Source of the DNA: an uncultured bacterium
GTDB lineage: Bacteria; Chloroflexota; Dehalococcoidia; Dehalococcoidales; RBG-16-60-22
Direction: 5' to 3'
DNA: 38,782 nucleotides
Assembly (NCBI GenBank): GCA_965369965.1
Contig: CBDUSH010000002.1
Span: 1 to 38,782 of the forward strand
Part shown: piece by piece, positions 1-7,652 of the stretch
Position numbering within the stretch: position 1 is the stretch's first letter
Layout: every line of letters begins with the position of its first letter
Program-made: the position numbers and the translations under genes
Notes under the pieces: generated by a model
The model's database searches: none
Told to the model about the DNA's origin: nothing
What the model saw: only the letters and a program-made list of their open reading frames with translations

Positions 1-1174
1 GCTTAAAGTCCGGCCTGATACCCCTGGCCTTCAATTCCTGAGCGACACTTTTCAGAGTTTCCGTATCACCCAGTATAATACTGACCGTTTCTCCGTCGTC
101 CAGGTTATCGATAATTTCGGCCGCCCTCATTTTTGAAACCGGGCAGATCAGGTCACATAAATCATATTCTTCTTCGGTTTTCCGGGTTTCGGTGTCCAGA
201 ATATCCTGGTAGAAGCTGGTATATTTGAAAGCGTCGTCCGGAGAGATGACCACCGCCAGGTCTTTCGCGGAACCAGCATAGCGAAGGGCGGCGGCAAGTA
301 TGGCGCCCGTGGTGGGTCCGACGGGAATACCCTCTTTCCGGGCCAGTTCCAGCGCGGTGCGGTAAGCGCTTTCGTCGGTGACCGTAATGGTTTCGTCAAT
401 TACCGACCTGTCCAGAATAGCCGGCACGAATTCTTCAGCCAGGTCAGAAATCCGCTTCATGCCGGGTAATTTATGGTCGGCGGCGGCCGGTTCCACGCCG
501 ATTATTTTGATGTCCGGATTTTGCTCCTTGAGGTAGCGGCCGACACCGGTAATGGTGCCGCAGGTACCAAAACCGGCGAAGAAATAGTTGATCTTACCCT
601 GCGTCTGCTGCCATATTTCCGGCCCGGTGGTAAGGTAGTGAGCCCGAACATTAAGCTCGTTCTCGTACTGGTTGGGGCTGATATAGCTGTCACGGGTGGC
701 GGGGCTTTTTACCAGGGCGTTGACGACACCCCGGGCACCTTCGGTGGGATACAGCGGGCAGAGTGAGTCATCGGCCTCGGTCAGTTTGGCGCCCAAAAAC
801 CTCAGCATTATCTTTTTTTCTTCCGGGATTTTCTCCGGGACGACAATCTCAACCGGTATCCCCAGGGCATTAGCCACACAGGTAAGGGCAATACCGGTGT
901 TGCCCGAGGAAGGCTCAACCACCGTACGGTCGCCTCTCGACAACGCCATCAGCATCTGGTAAGCAATACGGTCTTTAATGGAACCGAAAGGATTGTATCT
1001 TTCCAGCTTGAGATAAATTTGGAAAGCTTTATTCGAGTTGACCGCGTTTAGTCTGACCAGCGGCGTCGGGTTTTCCGGACTGGCGATAAGCTGGGTGACG
1101 TCGTCGTAAACCCTTAACCGGTGGTCCGGCCCGGCCACCGGCGGTCCATTATTATGTAATCCGTCTTTGTTCAC
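1..1174 (-). CDS. Cysteine synthase-family PLP enzyme (CysM/CysK-like) fused to a C-terminal TusA/SirA-like sulfur-carrier domain; partial, continues past the left edge
   Basis: Absent from the ORF track because no stop lies inside the window. Hand translation of the minus strand from GTG(1174) stays open to base 1. It reads [70 protein letters not shown], showing the PLP-Lys and SGNTG motifs. It then reads ..EEYDLCDLICPVSKMRAAEIIDNLDDGETVSIILGDTETLKSVAQELKARG, a TusA-type Cys-Pro motif. The GTG overlaps the TGA of the upstream gene (GTGA). Confidence 0.8.
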   Translation of the reverse strand, partial: MNKDGLHNNGPPVAGPDHRLRVYDDVTQLIASPENPTPLVRLNAVNSNKAFQIYLKLERYNPFGSIKDRIAYQMLMALSRGDRTVVEPSSGNTGIALTCVANALGIPVEIVVPEKIPEEKKIMLRFLGAKLTEADDSLCPLYPTEGARGVVNALVKSPATRDSYISPNQYENELNVRAHYLTTGPEIWQQTQGKINYFFAGFGTCGTITGVGRYLKEQNPDIKIIGVEPAAADHKLPGMKRISDLAEEFVPAILDRSVIDETITVTDESAYRTALELARKEGIPVGPTTGAILAAALRYAGSAKDLAVVISPDDAFKYTSFYQDILDTETRKTEEEYDLCDLICPVSKMRAAEIIDNLDDGETVSIILGDTETLKSVAQELKARGIRPDFK

Positions 1175-1896
1175 TTCAAGTTTTGAGTGTGAATGCCACA
1201 CTCTCCTCCACACTTACTGGTATCCTGCCACCGGCCGTCCCGCTCAAGTTCTCCGCCGGGATGCGAGCAAGGGGCGCAGCCCAGGGAACGGTAACCCAAT
1301 CCGTACCAGGGATGGGACTCAATACCGCGGGTAGACATGTAGCGCCATATCTCGGCTTCGGTGAAGGGGAGGATCGGATTTATCTTGAAGAGGCCGCCTT
1401 TAAGCTCCACTTCCTGATAATCTACCCTGGTGCGTCCTTCGGTGTTCCTCAGTCCGCATATCCAGGCATCCAGTTCACTGACGGCGGCCCGGGTGGGGTC
1501 TACTTTGAGCAGCCGGCAGCATTCGTCCGGGTCCGAGGTGTAAATTTTCTTGCCAGACACCGCCTCAATCTGAGCGGCTTTCCGGTTAAACTCCCCGGTG
1601 GGCAACAGTACCATTTCAATAGAGTCATCCCGAAGAGCTTCCGGAACACTGTCCGCCACCATGTACACGGTGGTGTTCAGGTTCATTTTCCGGTTCATCA
1701 GTTTGAGATATTCGTAGGTCTCGACCGGTTTGTATTGAGTCATGACGGCGAATATCTTTATCTCCGGGTCAACCTCCCGGGCAATGTGAGCGACCACCAT
1801 GCTGTCTTTGCCAAAAGAGCAAGCCACGGCTATCCGGGGATAATTTCTTATCGCTTCAGCGACCAGTTCTTTGGCGCGCTCTATCTTGTCATCCAT
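1171..1896 (-). CDS. cysH: Assimilatory adenylyl-sulfate / phosphoadenylyl-sulfate reductase (thioredoxin-dependent, Fe-S type)
   Basis: 241 aa. PP-loop-like N-terminus (AVACSFGKDSMVV). It has a CC...CxxC set (DECCRLLKV, LGCAPCS) typical of [4Fe-4S] APS reductases, and a C-terminal ECGIH catalytic motif. Confidence 0.9.
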   Translation of the reverse strand: MDDKIERAKELVAEAIRNYPRIAVACSFGKDSMVVAHIAREVDPEIKIFAVMTQYKPVETYEYLKLMNRKMNLNTTVYMVADSVPEALRDDSIEMVLLPTGEFNRKAAQIEAVSGKKIYTSDPDECCRLLKVDPTRAAVSELDAWICGLRNTEGRTRVDYQEVELKGGLFKINPILPFTEAEIWRYMSTRGIESHPWYGLGYRSLGCAPCSHPGGELERDGRWQDTSKCGGECGIHTQNLK

Positions 1897-1947
1897 AAGT
1901 CAACTCCTTCGATTTTATAAACGTTAAGCGTTATCACCCGGACAAGG

Positions 1948-2931
1948 TTAGGAATAGACATTGCCTCCCGCCCAGAATTTTCTTCTATCTTCCGCCCGTT
2001 CAATCATCTCCAGACCGAGCGGCCTTACCACCTCGTCAAGATAGCGGGGTAATCCAAAGCGGGCAATCACCGTCCCGATTCTCTCCCTGCCCTGGCCGTT
2101 AGCCTGGTACCATGCCAGGGTCTTCTCAATAAGCGGATAACACTGTTCATCGGAGACAAACTGGGCTATTTCATAGGAGTAAAGGGGGTGTTTCCCGTGC
2201 TTGCCGCCTACCCGGCTGAGCCATCCCTTCCTCTTGGCTATCATGGCATCCACCGGGCAGACCTTGATACAGTCACCACAGTAAGTACACTTGCTATTGT
2301 CCCTGACCGGGAGTTCGTCCAACAGTTCCAACGCGCCCTCGTCACAACTGGAAACGCAGAGTCCGCACCCGTTGCACAGTTCTTCGACCAAGCTGGCTTC
2401 AACCATCCCCAGGAAACCTAAATCGGCATGTCTGGAGCCGGGGCAGTCAATGGGACAGCCGGCAAATGTAAGCTTGAATTTATGGTGTCCGGTAGCGATG
2501 CCGAAAAAGCGCTTATCTATCTCCAGGCACATCGCCTGGGAATCGGTGATGCCGTTGGGATTATAGACACAACCGGCGCAAGCGGTAGGCACTCTGACAC
2601 GAGGCCCGCAGGAAGCGACTGCCCAATCCACCGCTTTCAATTCGGCGGCGACAGCCTCAAAGTACCGGTAATGCACATAGGGTATTTCTATAGATTGCCG
2701 GACAGAATTGTGTACTTCTCCCCGGCCGTACTTATCAGCAATTTCGGCGGCGGCACGCAACTGCCGGGAGTTTAATTTACCCGCCGGGCAGCGCAGCCGA
2801 ACGGTAAAGAGGTCTTTTTGGGTCTGCTTTATAAACCCGCCGCTCTTTAGCTCGGCAAAGTCCAATTTCAGCCGACGAGCTTCTTTTTTCAGTTCTCGGT
2901 CCATCTCTAATCCTTTCTTTTCATATGCCAT
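1948..2931 (-). CDS. Small siroheme/[4Fe-4S] sulfite reductase with inserted 2x[4Fe-4S] ferredoxin domain (AsrC / Dsr-like-protein type)
   Basis: 327 aa. Nitrite/sulfite reductase-type Cys motifs (TACAGCVYNP ... FAGCPIDCPG) plus two ferredoxin motifs (CNGCGLCVSSC and CTYCGDCIKVCP). It sits between cysK and cysH. Confidence 0.8.
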   Translation of the reverse strand: MAYEKKGLEMDRELKKEARRLKLDFAELKSGGFIKQTQKDLFTVRLRCPAGKLNSRQLRAAAEIADKYGRGEVHNSVRQSIEIPYVHYRYFEAVAAELKAVDWAVASCGPRVRVPTACAGCVYNPNGITDSQAMCLEIDKRFFGIATGHHKFKLTFAGCPIDCPGSRHADLGFLGMVEASLVEELCNGCGLCVSSCDEGALELLDELPVRDNSKCTYCGDCIKVCPVDAMIAKRKGWLSRVGGKHGKHPLYSYEIAQFVSDEQCYPLIEKTLAWYQANGQGRERIGTVIARFGLPRYLDEVVRPLGLEMIERAEDRRKFWAGGNVYS

Positions 2932-2957
2932 GCATTACGGTAACGTTACCCTCGGTG

Positions 2958-3950
2958 CTACGTGGTCTGGAAGAGCCAGGTTGACAGGTAGCGCTCCCCG
3001 GTATCCGGCAAAATCACCACGATAAGCTTACCCTTGTTTTCCGGTCTCTTCGCTACCTCAATGGCCGCCCAGACGGCGGCTCCGGAAGAAATGCCGGCCA
3101 GGATACCTTCTTCCCTGGCCAGTCTGCGGGCTATTTCACCGGCATCTTCATTGGTAACTTTAACAATCTCGTCGATGACACCGGTATTCAATACATCGGG
3201 GACAAAGCCGGCGCCGATCCCCTGAATTTTATGTGGGCCGGGTTTGCCGCCGGAGAGAACCGGCGAATCCACCGGCTCAACAGCGATGGCCTTAAAGGAC
3301 GGTTTTCTCGGTTTGATTACCTCTGAAACGCCGGTCACCGTCCCGCCGGTACCAACACCGGAGACCAGGATATCCACCTGGCCGTCAGTATCCCGCCAGA
3401 TTTCCTCGGCCGTGGTCACGCGGTGCACTTCAGGATTCGACGGATTCTTAAACTGCTGCGGCAGAAAATAATCGGGGTTTTCCGCGGCCAGCTGTTCCGC
3501 TTTCCGGATAGCGCCGGGCATCCCTTCCGCACCCGGAGTCAGCACCAACTCGGCACCGAAGATGGAGAGCAACTGGCGGCGTTCCACCGACATTGTGTCC
3601 GGCATGGTCAAGATGAGACGATACCCGCGAGCAGCGCAGACAAACGCCAGGGCGATGCCGGTATTACCGCTGGTGGGTTCGACGATGACGGTATTTTTTT
3701 TGATAAGTCCTTTCGATTCGGCATCGACAATCATAGCCACCCCGATGCGGTCTTTCACACTGCCAACGGGATTAAATGACTCCAGCTTGGCGACAACTCT
3801 AGCCTGGACTCCTTCCGCAATCCGATTCAGCTGTACCAGAGGTGTATTACCGACGAGTTCCGTAGAGTCTTTGGCGATTCCCCTGGTCAGTATCGGAATC
3901 TCTATAGTATGGAATTTCAGTTTCTCGACTTTTGAAGCATTATCCGACAT
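2958..3950 (-). CDS. cysK: Cysteine synthase A (O-acetylserine sulfhydrylase)
   Basis: 330 aa. Motifs: [29 protein letters not shown] (PLP lysine), [28 protein letters not shown]. It has a roughly 20-aa N-terminal extension relative to typical CysK, so the start is somewhat uncertain. Confidence 0.92.
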   Translation of the reverse strand: MSDNASKVEKLKFHTIEIPILTRGIAKDSTELVGNTPLVQLNRIAEGVQARVVAKLESFNPVGSVKDRIGVAMIVDAESKGLIKKNTVIVEPTSGNTGIALAFVCAARGYRLILTMPDTMSVERRQLLSIFGAELVLTPGAEGMPGAIRKAEQLAAENPDYFLPQQFKNPSNPEVHRVTTAEEIWRDTDGQVDILVSGVGTGGTVTGVSEVIKPRKPSFKAIAVEPVDSPVLSGGKPGPHKIQGIGAGFVPDVLNTGVIDEIVKVTNEDAGEIARRLAREEGILAGISSGAAVWAAIEVAKRPENKGKLIVVILPDTGERYLSTWLFQTT

Positions 3951-4000
3951 TTATTTTTTCTCCTTTATGTTATCTCAATATTTTTATACTATTTTAAATA

Positions 4001-5017
4001 TTACGGTTGGTTGTCGATATATCTGACGTACAGTTCCCGGGCCAGCGACTCGTCGAGGCTGTTTTTCAGGATGACGCGTCCGTCCGGGAAAATGACCATT
4101 TCATTGGCGTCCACGCTAAAGTGCAGCGTGGACTCGATACAGGTAACTTTGCCGCGCCCTTCGAGTCGCGCAGCCAATACCTCCAACGATATGCCAGTCA
4201 TTTTGGGATCAATGACCTGTACCGAATTTTGCCCGCAGAGCAGGGTGGTCCTGATGCCGAGCTGCACCTGTAAAAATTCATAATTGCCCCCGCAGGCGGG
4301 GCAATCCGGACGGGATTCAACTTTAAAGCGGTCAAAAGTACCTTCCCAAACGTCAATAACAACCACTTCACGGCTCACTTGCCGGGCTCCAATCAGTATT
4401 TTTATGGCTTCCGCGGACTGCAAAGAGCCGACGATGAAAGGAGCCGCTCCGACGACTCCGGCGGTATCACAGGTGGGGATAATACCGGCCGGCGGGGGAG
4501 CGGGGAAGACACAGCGGAAGCAGGGAGTTTCGCCGGGGATGATATTCATGGTCATTCCCGAAGCGGCCACGGCGGCTCCATAAATCCAGGGTATTTTCAG
4601 TTTTACGGCAGCGTCGTTAATGGTGAAACGGGTCTCCGGATTATCCAGTCCGTCCAAGATTAAATCAGCCCCCCGAACCAGGTCTTCAACATTGGAGTAG
4701 TTCACGTCAGCAACGACACCTTCGACATCAACAGCGGAGTTCACTTTTTTCAGGTGGCGTTCGGCGGCAACGGCTTTAGGCGTCTGGCTTTTAACGTCAT
4801 CTTCATCGAAGACAATCTGGCGATGCAGATTATGGTATTCAACAAAGTCACGGTCAACAATCTTTACTTTGCCGATACCGGCCCTGACCAGAGAAGTAGC
4901 GATAACCCCCCCCAACGCGCCGCAGCCGATGATGACAATACTGCTTTCGCCAAGTTTTTTTTGTCCCTCTTTACCTATCTCGCGAAAGAGAACCTGTCTT
5001 GAATACCTGTCTATCAT
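4001..5017 (-). CDS. ThiF/MoeB/HesA-family E1-like adenylyltransferase with about 85-aa C-terminal extension
   Basis: 338 aa. Motifs: RYSRQ..., Rossmann IIGCGALGG, and two CxxC pairs (CFRC, CPAC) forming the E1 zinc site. There is no rhodanese domain and no C-terminal GG. Confidence 0.85.
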   Translation of the reverse strand: MIDRYSRQVLFREIGKEGQKKLGESSIVIIGCGALGGVIATSLVRAGIGKVKIVDRDFVEYHNLHRQIVFDEDDVKSQTPKAVAAERHLKKVNSAVDVEGVVADVNYSNVEDLVRGADLILDGLDNPETRFTINDAAVKLKIPWIYGAAVAASGMTMNIIPGETPCFRCVFPAPPPAGIIPTCDTAGVVGAAPFIVGSLQSAEAIKILIGARQVSREVVVIDVWEGTFDRFKVESRPDCPACGGNYEFLQVQLGIRTTLLCGQNSVQVIDPKMTGISLEVLAARLEGRGKVTCIESTLHFSVDANEMVIFPDGRVILKNSLDESLARELYVRYIDNQP

Positions 5018-5065
5018 TGCCTCGGTTTCCTTTTACCGGTTCGAACCGGAGTGGCTGATTATACT

Positions 5066-5509
5066 TTATATGTAGTACATTTCCTTTTTCGACTGTTCTT
5101 TACTCAACTGACGCTCGACCAGATCCTGCAGAGTGGTCGATTCGAGAACCTCATCCAGAGCCTGTTTCATGCGGGCCCAGACCTCGCGAGTAACACACAG
5201 TTCATAGCGTGGGCAGCTTTCCGGGTTATTAAGGCATTCGACGGGGGCAAGCGAGCCTTCCAGAAGCGGGACTACCTGACTCAATTTTATTTCCTGCGGC
5301 TGTTTCTTCAGTTGAATGCCGCCTTTGGCACCCCGGGTGCTGCCGACGATACCGGCGGTGACCAGCGGCCCAATCAAATGCTCCAGATAGTGCAGTGAAA
5401 TATCCTGCCGCGAGGCGATATCTTTTAAAGGTACCGGCCCGTTACCGCTGTGCAGCGCCAAGTCTAAAAGGGCGCGGGTACCGTACTGTCCCCGGGTAGA
5501 GAGTTTCAA
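5066..5509 (-). CDS. Rrf2-family transcriptional regulator (IscR/CymR-like, three clustered Cys)
   Basis: Canonical Rrf2 N-terminus (M)KLSTRGQYGTRALLDLA and a Cys triad ECLNNPESCPRYELC. I place the start at TTG 5509, with GGAGAG 6 nt upstream. The track ATG at 5560 falls inside the predicted promoter spacer. Confidence 0.85.
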   Translation of the reverse strand: MKLSTRGQYGTRALLDLALHSGNGPVPLKDIASRQDISLHYLEHLIGPLVTAGIVGSTRGAKGGIQLKKQPQEIKLSQVVPLLEGSLAPVECLNNPESCPRYELCVTREVWARMKQALDEVLESTTLQDLVERQLSKEQSKKEMYYI

Positions 5510-5527
5510 TTTCCGCTCTCCATTGTT

Positions 5528-5549
5528 GACTATTTTTATAGTAATAGTC
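5528..5549. promoter_or_regulatory. Perfect 7-bp inverted repeat (GACTATT-N8-AATAGTC) immediately downstream of the -10; candidate Rrf2 operator
   Basis: Read directly: gactatttttatagtaatagtc. It sits between the predicted -10 and the RBS of the regulator gene, a geometry that fits autoregulation. Confidence 0.3.
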
Positions 5550-5550
5550 C

Positions 5551-5579
5551 AATTTAACATTGGTGTGAAAGGTTGTCAA
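5551..5579 (-). promoter_or_regulatory. Sigma70-like promoter of the sulfur operon (TTGACA-17 nt-TAAATT)
   Basis: On the minus strand, TTGACA (5579-5574), a 17-nt spacer, then TAAATT (5556-5551). It lies about 40 nt upstream of the TTG start of the Rrf2 gene. Confidence 0.45.
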
Positions 5580-5702
5580 GTCATTTTAGTTACTTTCCAG
5601 CACTAATTTTACCAGATGAATGACGAGCATCTCATTATCGGCCTGAACACTCTATTTTATTTCAGGACACAGAAAGATATTTTATATAGGTACTTTTACC
5701 CA

Positions 5703-5731
5703 TTGCAATCAGTAGTTTTATGGTCTATACT
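5703..5731 (+). promoter_or_regulatory. Sigma70-like promoter for the merR-ahb-hem operon (TTGCAA-17 nt-TATACT)
   Basis: TTGCAA 5703-5708, a 17-nt spacer, then TATACT 5726-5731, in the AT-rich divergent intergenic region. It is followed by three 10-bp phased T-tract repeats (5736-5765) and a bulged 10-bp hairpin (5784-5819). Confidence 0.4.
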
Positions 5732-5829
5732 GATATAGATTTTTATAGATTTTTTAAGATTTCCATACTTTTGCAGACGGGGCGACGAAACAGCCTGATT
5801 CTATTAAACTGTTTCAGTCCGTCCCCGTT

Positions 5830-6504
5830 TTGCCGGGGAGCCGGATTTTGGCGGAAGAACCGTTAGTCAGTATCAGTGAAGCCAGCCACCTCCTGGGGGT
5901 AAGTGAGGCGGCCCTCCGCCAGTGGACGGACGAGGGCAAGATAAAAGCCTTTATCACTCCGGGCGGGCACCGCCGTTATTCCAGAGTGGAACTTAAGAAA
6001 TTTACCGGTTCGCACGTGAAGATGCTGGGTATCAAAGACCTGGTTTTCGAACTGGAAGATACCACCCAAACGCACCGGGAACTGGCACGGACGTCACTCA
6101 ACACCACTTCCTGGTACGGCCAGCTCAATGAAAAATCCCAAGAGAGCCTGGCACACCAGCACAGGTTTCTGCTTAACCTGATTATCAAGTACGTTACCGA
6201 ACCCGCCAAGAGAGAAGAAACCGTGCAACAGACCCGGAATATCGGCCGGGAAATGGGCGAACTACTGGCTCTGCTGGGACTTCCCCTGACCGATTCAGTA
6301 GAGGCTTTCATGGTACACCGCGATCCAATTATGAACGCGACAACTCACCTGATGAAGAAAAAAGAGGCATTTACCGGGCGCGTGGTAGAAGCAATACCGC
6401 TGGTGGCCCACATCCTGGATGAAGCCCTGGTGGCCCTGGTGGCCGCCCACCAGCAACTGCGCAACGGCGCCCGAGACGAGCCTGAGGGAGATATCAACAG
6501 ATGA
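5830..6504 (+). CDS. MerR-family HTH regulator with all-helical C-terminal domain of about 150 aa and unknown function
   Basis: N-terminus ISEASHLLGVSEAALRQWTDEGKIKAFITPGGHRRYSRVELKKF matches the MerR HTH pattern. The start is uncertain: TTG 5830, or TTG 5848, which has GGGGAG 7 nt upstream. Its stop overlaps the next ATG (ATGA). Confidence 0.7.
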   Translation: MPGSRILAEEPLVSISEASHLLGVSEAALRQWTDEGKIKAFITPGGHRRYSRVELKKFTGSHVKMLGIKDLVFELEDTTQTHRELARTSLNTTSWYGQLNEKSQESLAHQHRFLLNLIIKYVTEPAKREETVQQTRNIGREMGELLALLGLPLTDSVEAFMVHRDPIMNATTHLMKKKEAFTGRVVEAIPLVAHILDEALVALVAAHQQLRNGARDEPEGDINR

Positions 6505-7652
6505 TATCAATCACGCGTTTACTTTGTGACATTGCCGGTCCCGGCGACCATCTGCGTTACGAGAAGAGAGAGATAGTACGACCGGTAGTGGTCTGGAACT
6601 GTACCCGGCAGTGCAACCTTAGCTGTATCCACTGCTACGCCAGCGCTAACAACCGAAAATCCAAGGATGAAATGGACACCGCCGCCGGGAAAGCTTTTAT
6701 CAGCGACCTGGCCGACTTTGGTGTGCCGGTAATCCTGTTTTCCGGCGGCGAGCCGATGATGAGAAAAGACCTCTTCGAGCTGGCTCGCTTTGCCAGCGAA
6801 AAGGGATTAAGGGTTGCCCTCTCCACCAACGGCACCCTGATTTCCGACCGTGCCGCCAGGGAACTACAGGATATCGGTTTTGCCGAGGTGGGCATAAGCC
6901 TGGACGGCATTAAAGAAAACAACGACCGCTTTCGAGGTCAGGAGGGCGCTTTCGAAAGCGCTCTGAAAGGCATCAGAACCTGTGTCGCCCTGGGTTTACG
7001 CGTCTCCCTGCGGCTGACTATAACCCGATTTAACTACCAGGAAATACCGGCCATCTTCCAACTGGTGGAGGATGAAGGCATCGACCGTGTCTGTTTCTAC
7101 CATCTGGCCTATTCGGGGAGAGGCACCAGCCTGCAGCATGACGACATCTCCCACTCCCAGACCAGAGAGGTGGTTGACTTAATCAGCCAGCGGACGGAGG
7201 ACCTTTTCCGGCGCGGTATGCAGAAGGAAATCTTGACCGTGGGCAGCCACGTAGACGGTGTTTACCTGTACCTTAAACTGAAAGATAAAGACCCGTCCCA
7301 TGCGGCCAGAATCCTCGAACTGATACGGATGACCGGAGGCAACAATTCCGGTGTCAAGATAGGCGCCGTTGACGACAAGGGTAACGTCCACCCCGACCAG
7401 TTCTGGTGGCATCATACGCTGGGCAATGTCCGGCAGCGGAAATTCGGCGATATCTGGATGGATACCTCGGAGCCGCTGCTGCGCGGCCTGAAAGACCGCA
7501 AGGGGCTGCTCAAAGGGCGATGCGGCAAATGCCGGTTCCTCGACTGCTGCAACGGTAATTTGCGGGTACGGGCGGAGGCGGCTTTTGACGACGTCTGGGC
7601 GGAAGACCCGGCCTGCTACCTGAGTGACGAGGAGATTGGAATCGCCGAATGA
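6501..7652 (+). CDS. ahbC: NirJ-like radical SAM/SPASM enzyme, probably AhbC (NirJ1-type, Fe-coproporphyrin III synthase)
   Basis: 383 aa. CNLSCIHC (CX3CX2C) motif and a C-terminal Cys cluster (GRCGKCRFLDCCNG). It sits directly upstream of a paralog and of the AhbA/B gene. The C-versus-D assignment rests only on the usual nirJ1-nirJ2 order and is tentative. Confidence 0.7.
   Translation: MISITRLLCDIAGPGDHLRYEKREIVRPVVVWNCTRQCNLSCIHCYASANNRKSKDEMDTAAGKAFISDLADFGVPVILFSGGEPMMRKDLFELARFASEKGLRVALSTNGTLISDRAARELQDIGFAEVGISLDGIKENNDRFRGQEGAFESALKGIRTCVALGLRVSLRLTITRFNYQEIPAIFQLVEDEGIDRVCFYHLAYSGRGTSLQHDDISHSQTREVVDLISQRTEDLFRRGMQKEILTVGSHVDGVYLYLKLKDKDPSHAARILELIRMTGGNNSGVKIGAVDDKGNVHPDQFWWHHTLGNVRQRKFGDIWMDTSEPLLRGLKDRKGLLKGRCGKCRFLDCCNGNLRVRAEAAFDDVWAEDPACYLSDEEIGIAE

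Noticed and set aside
148-962. Four short track ORFs (148-399 minus, 473-766 plus, 502-693 minus, 696-962 plus)
   Set aside because: All overlap the continuous minus-strand cysteine-synthase frame (1-1174), which has clear PLP-enzyme motifs. Their own products are low-complexity Pro/Arg/Gly-rich shadow translations with no motifs or RBS.
1183-1920. 245-aa plus-strand ORF
   Set aside because: It is the antisense shadow of cysH. cysH shows the PP-loop, CC..CxxC and ECGIH motifs, and the plus-strand product shows none.
5510-5560. 17-codon N-terminal extension of the Rrf2 gene (track ATG 5560)
   Set aside because: The ATG lies inside the predicted promoter spacer and the extension (MLNWTITIKIVNNGERK) precedes the canonical MKLSTRG start. 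TTG 5509 has a properly spaced GGAGAG.
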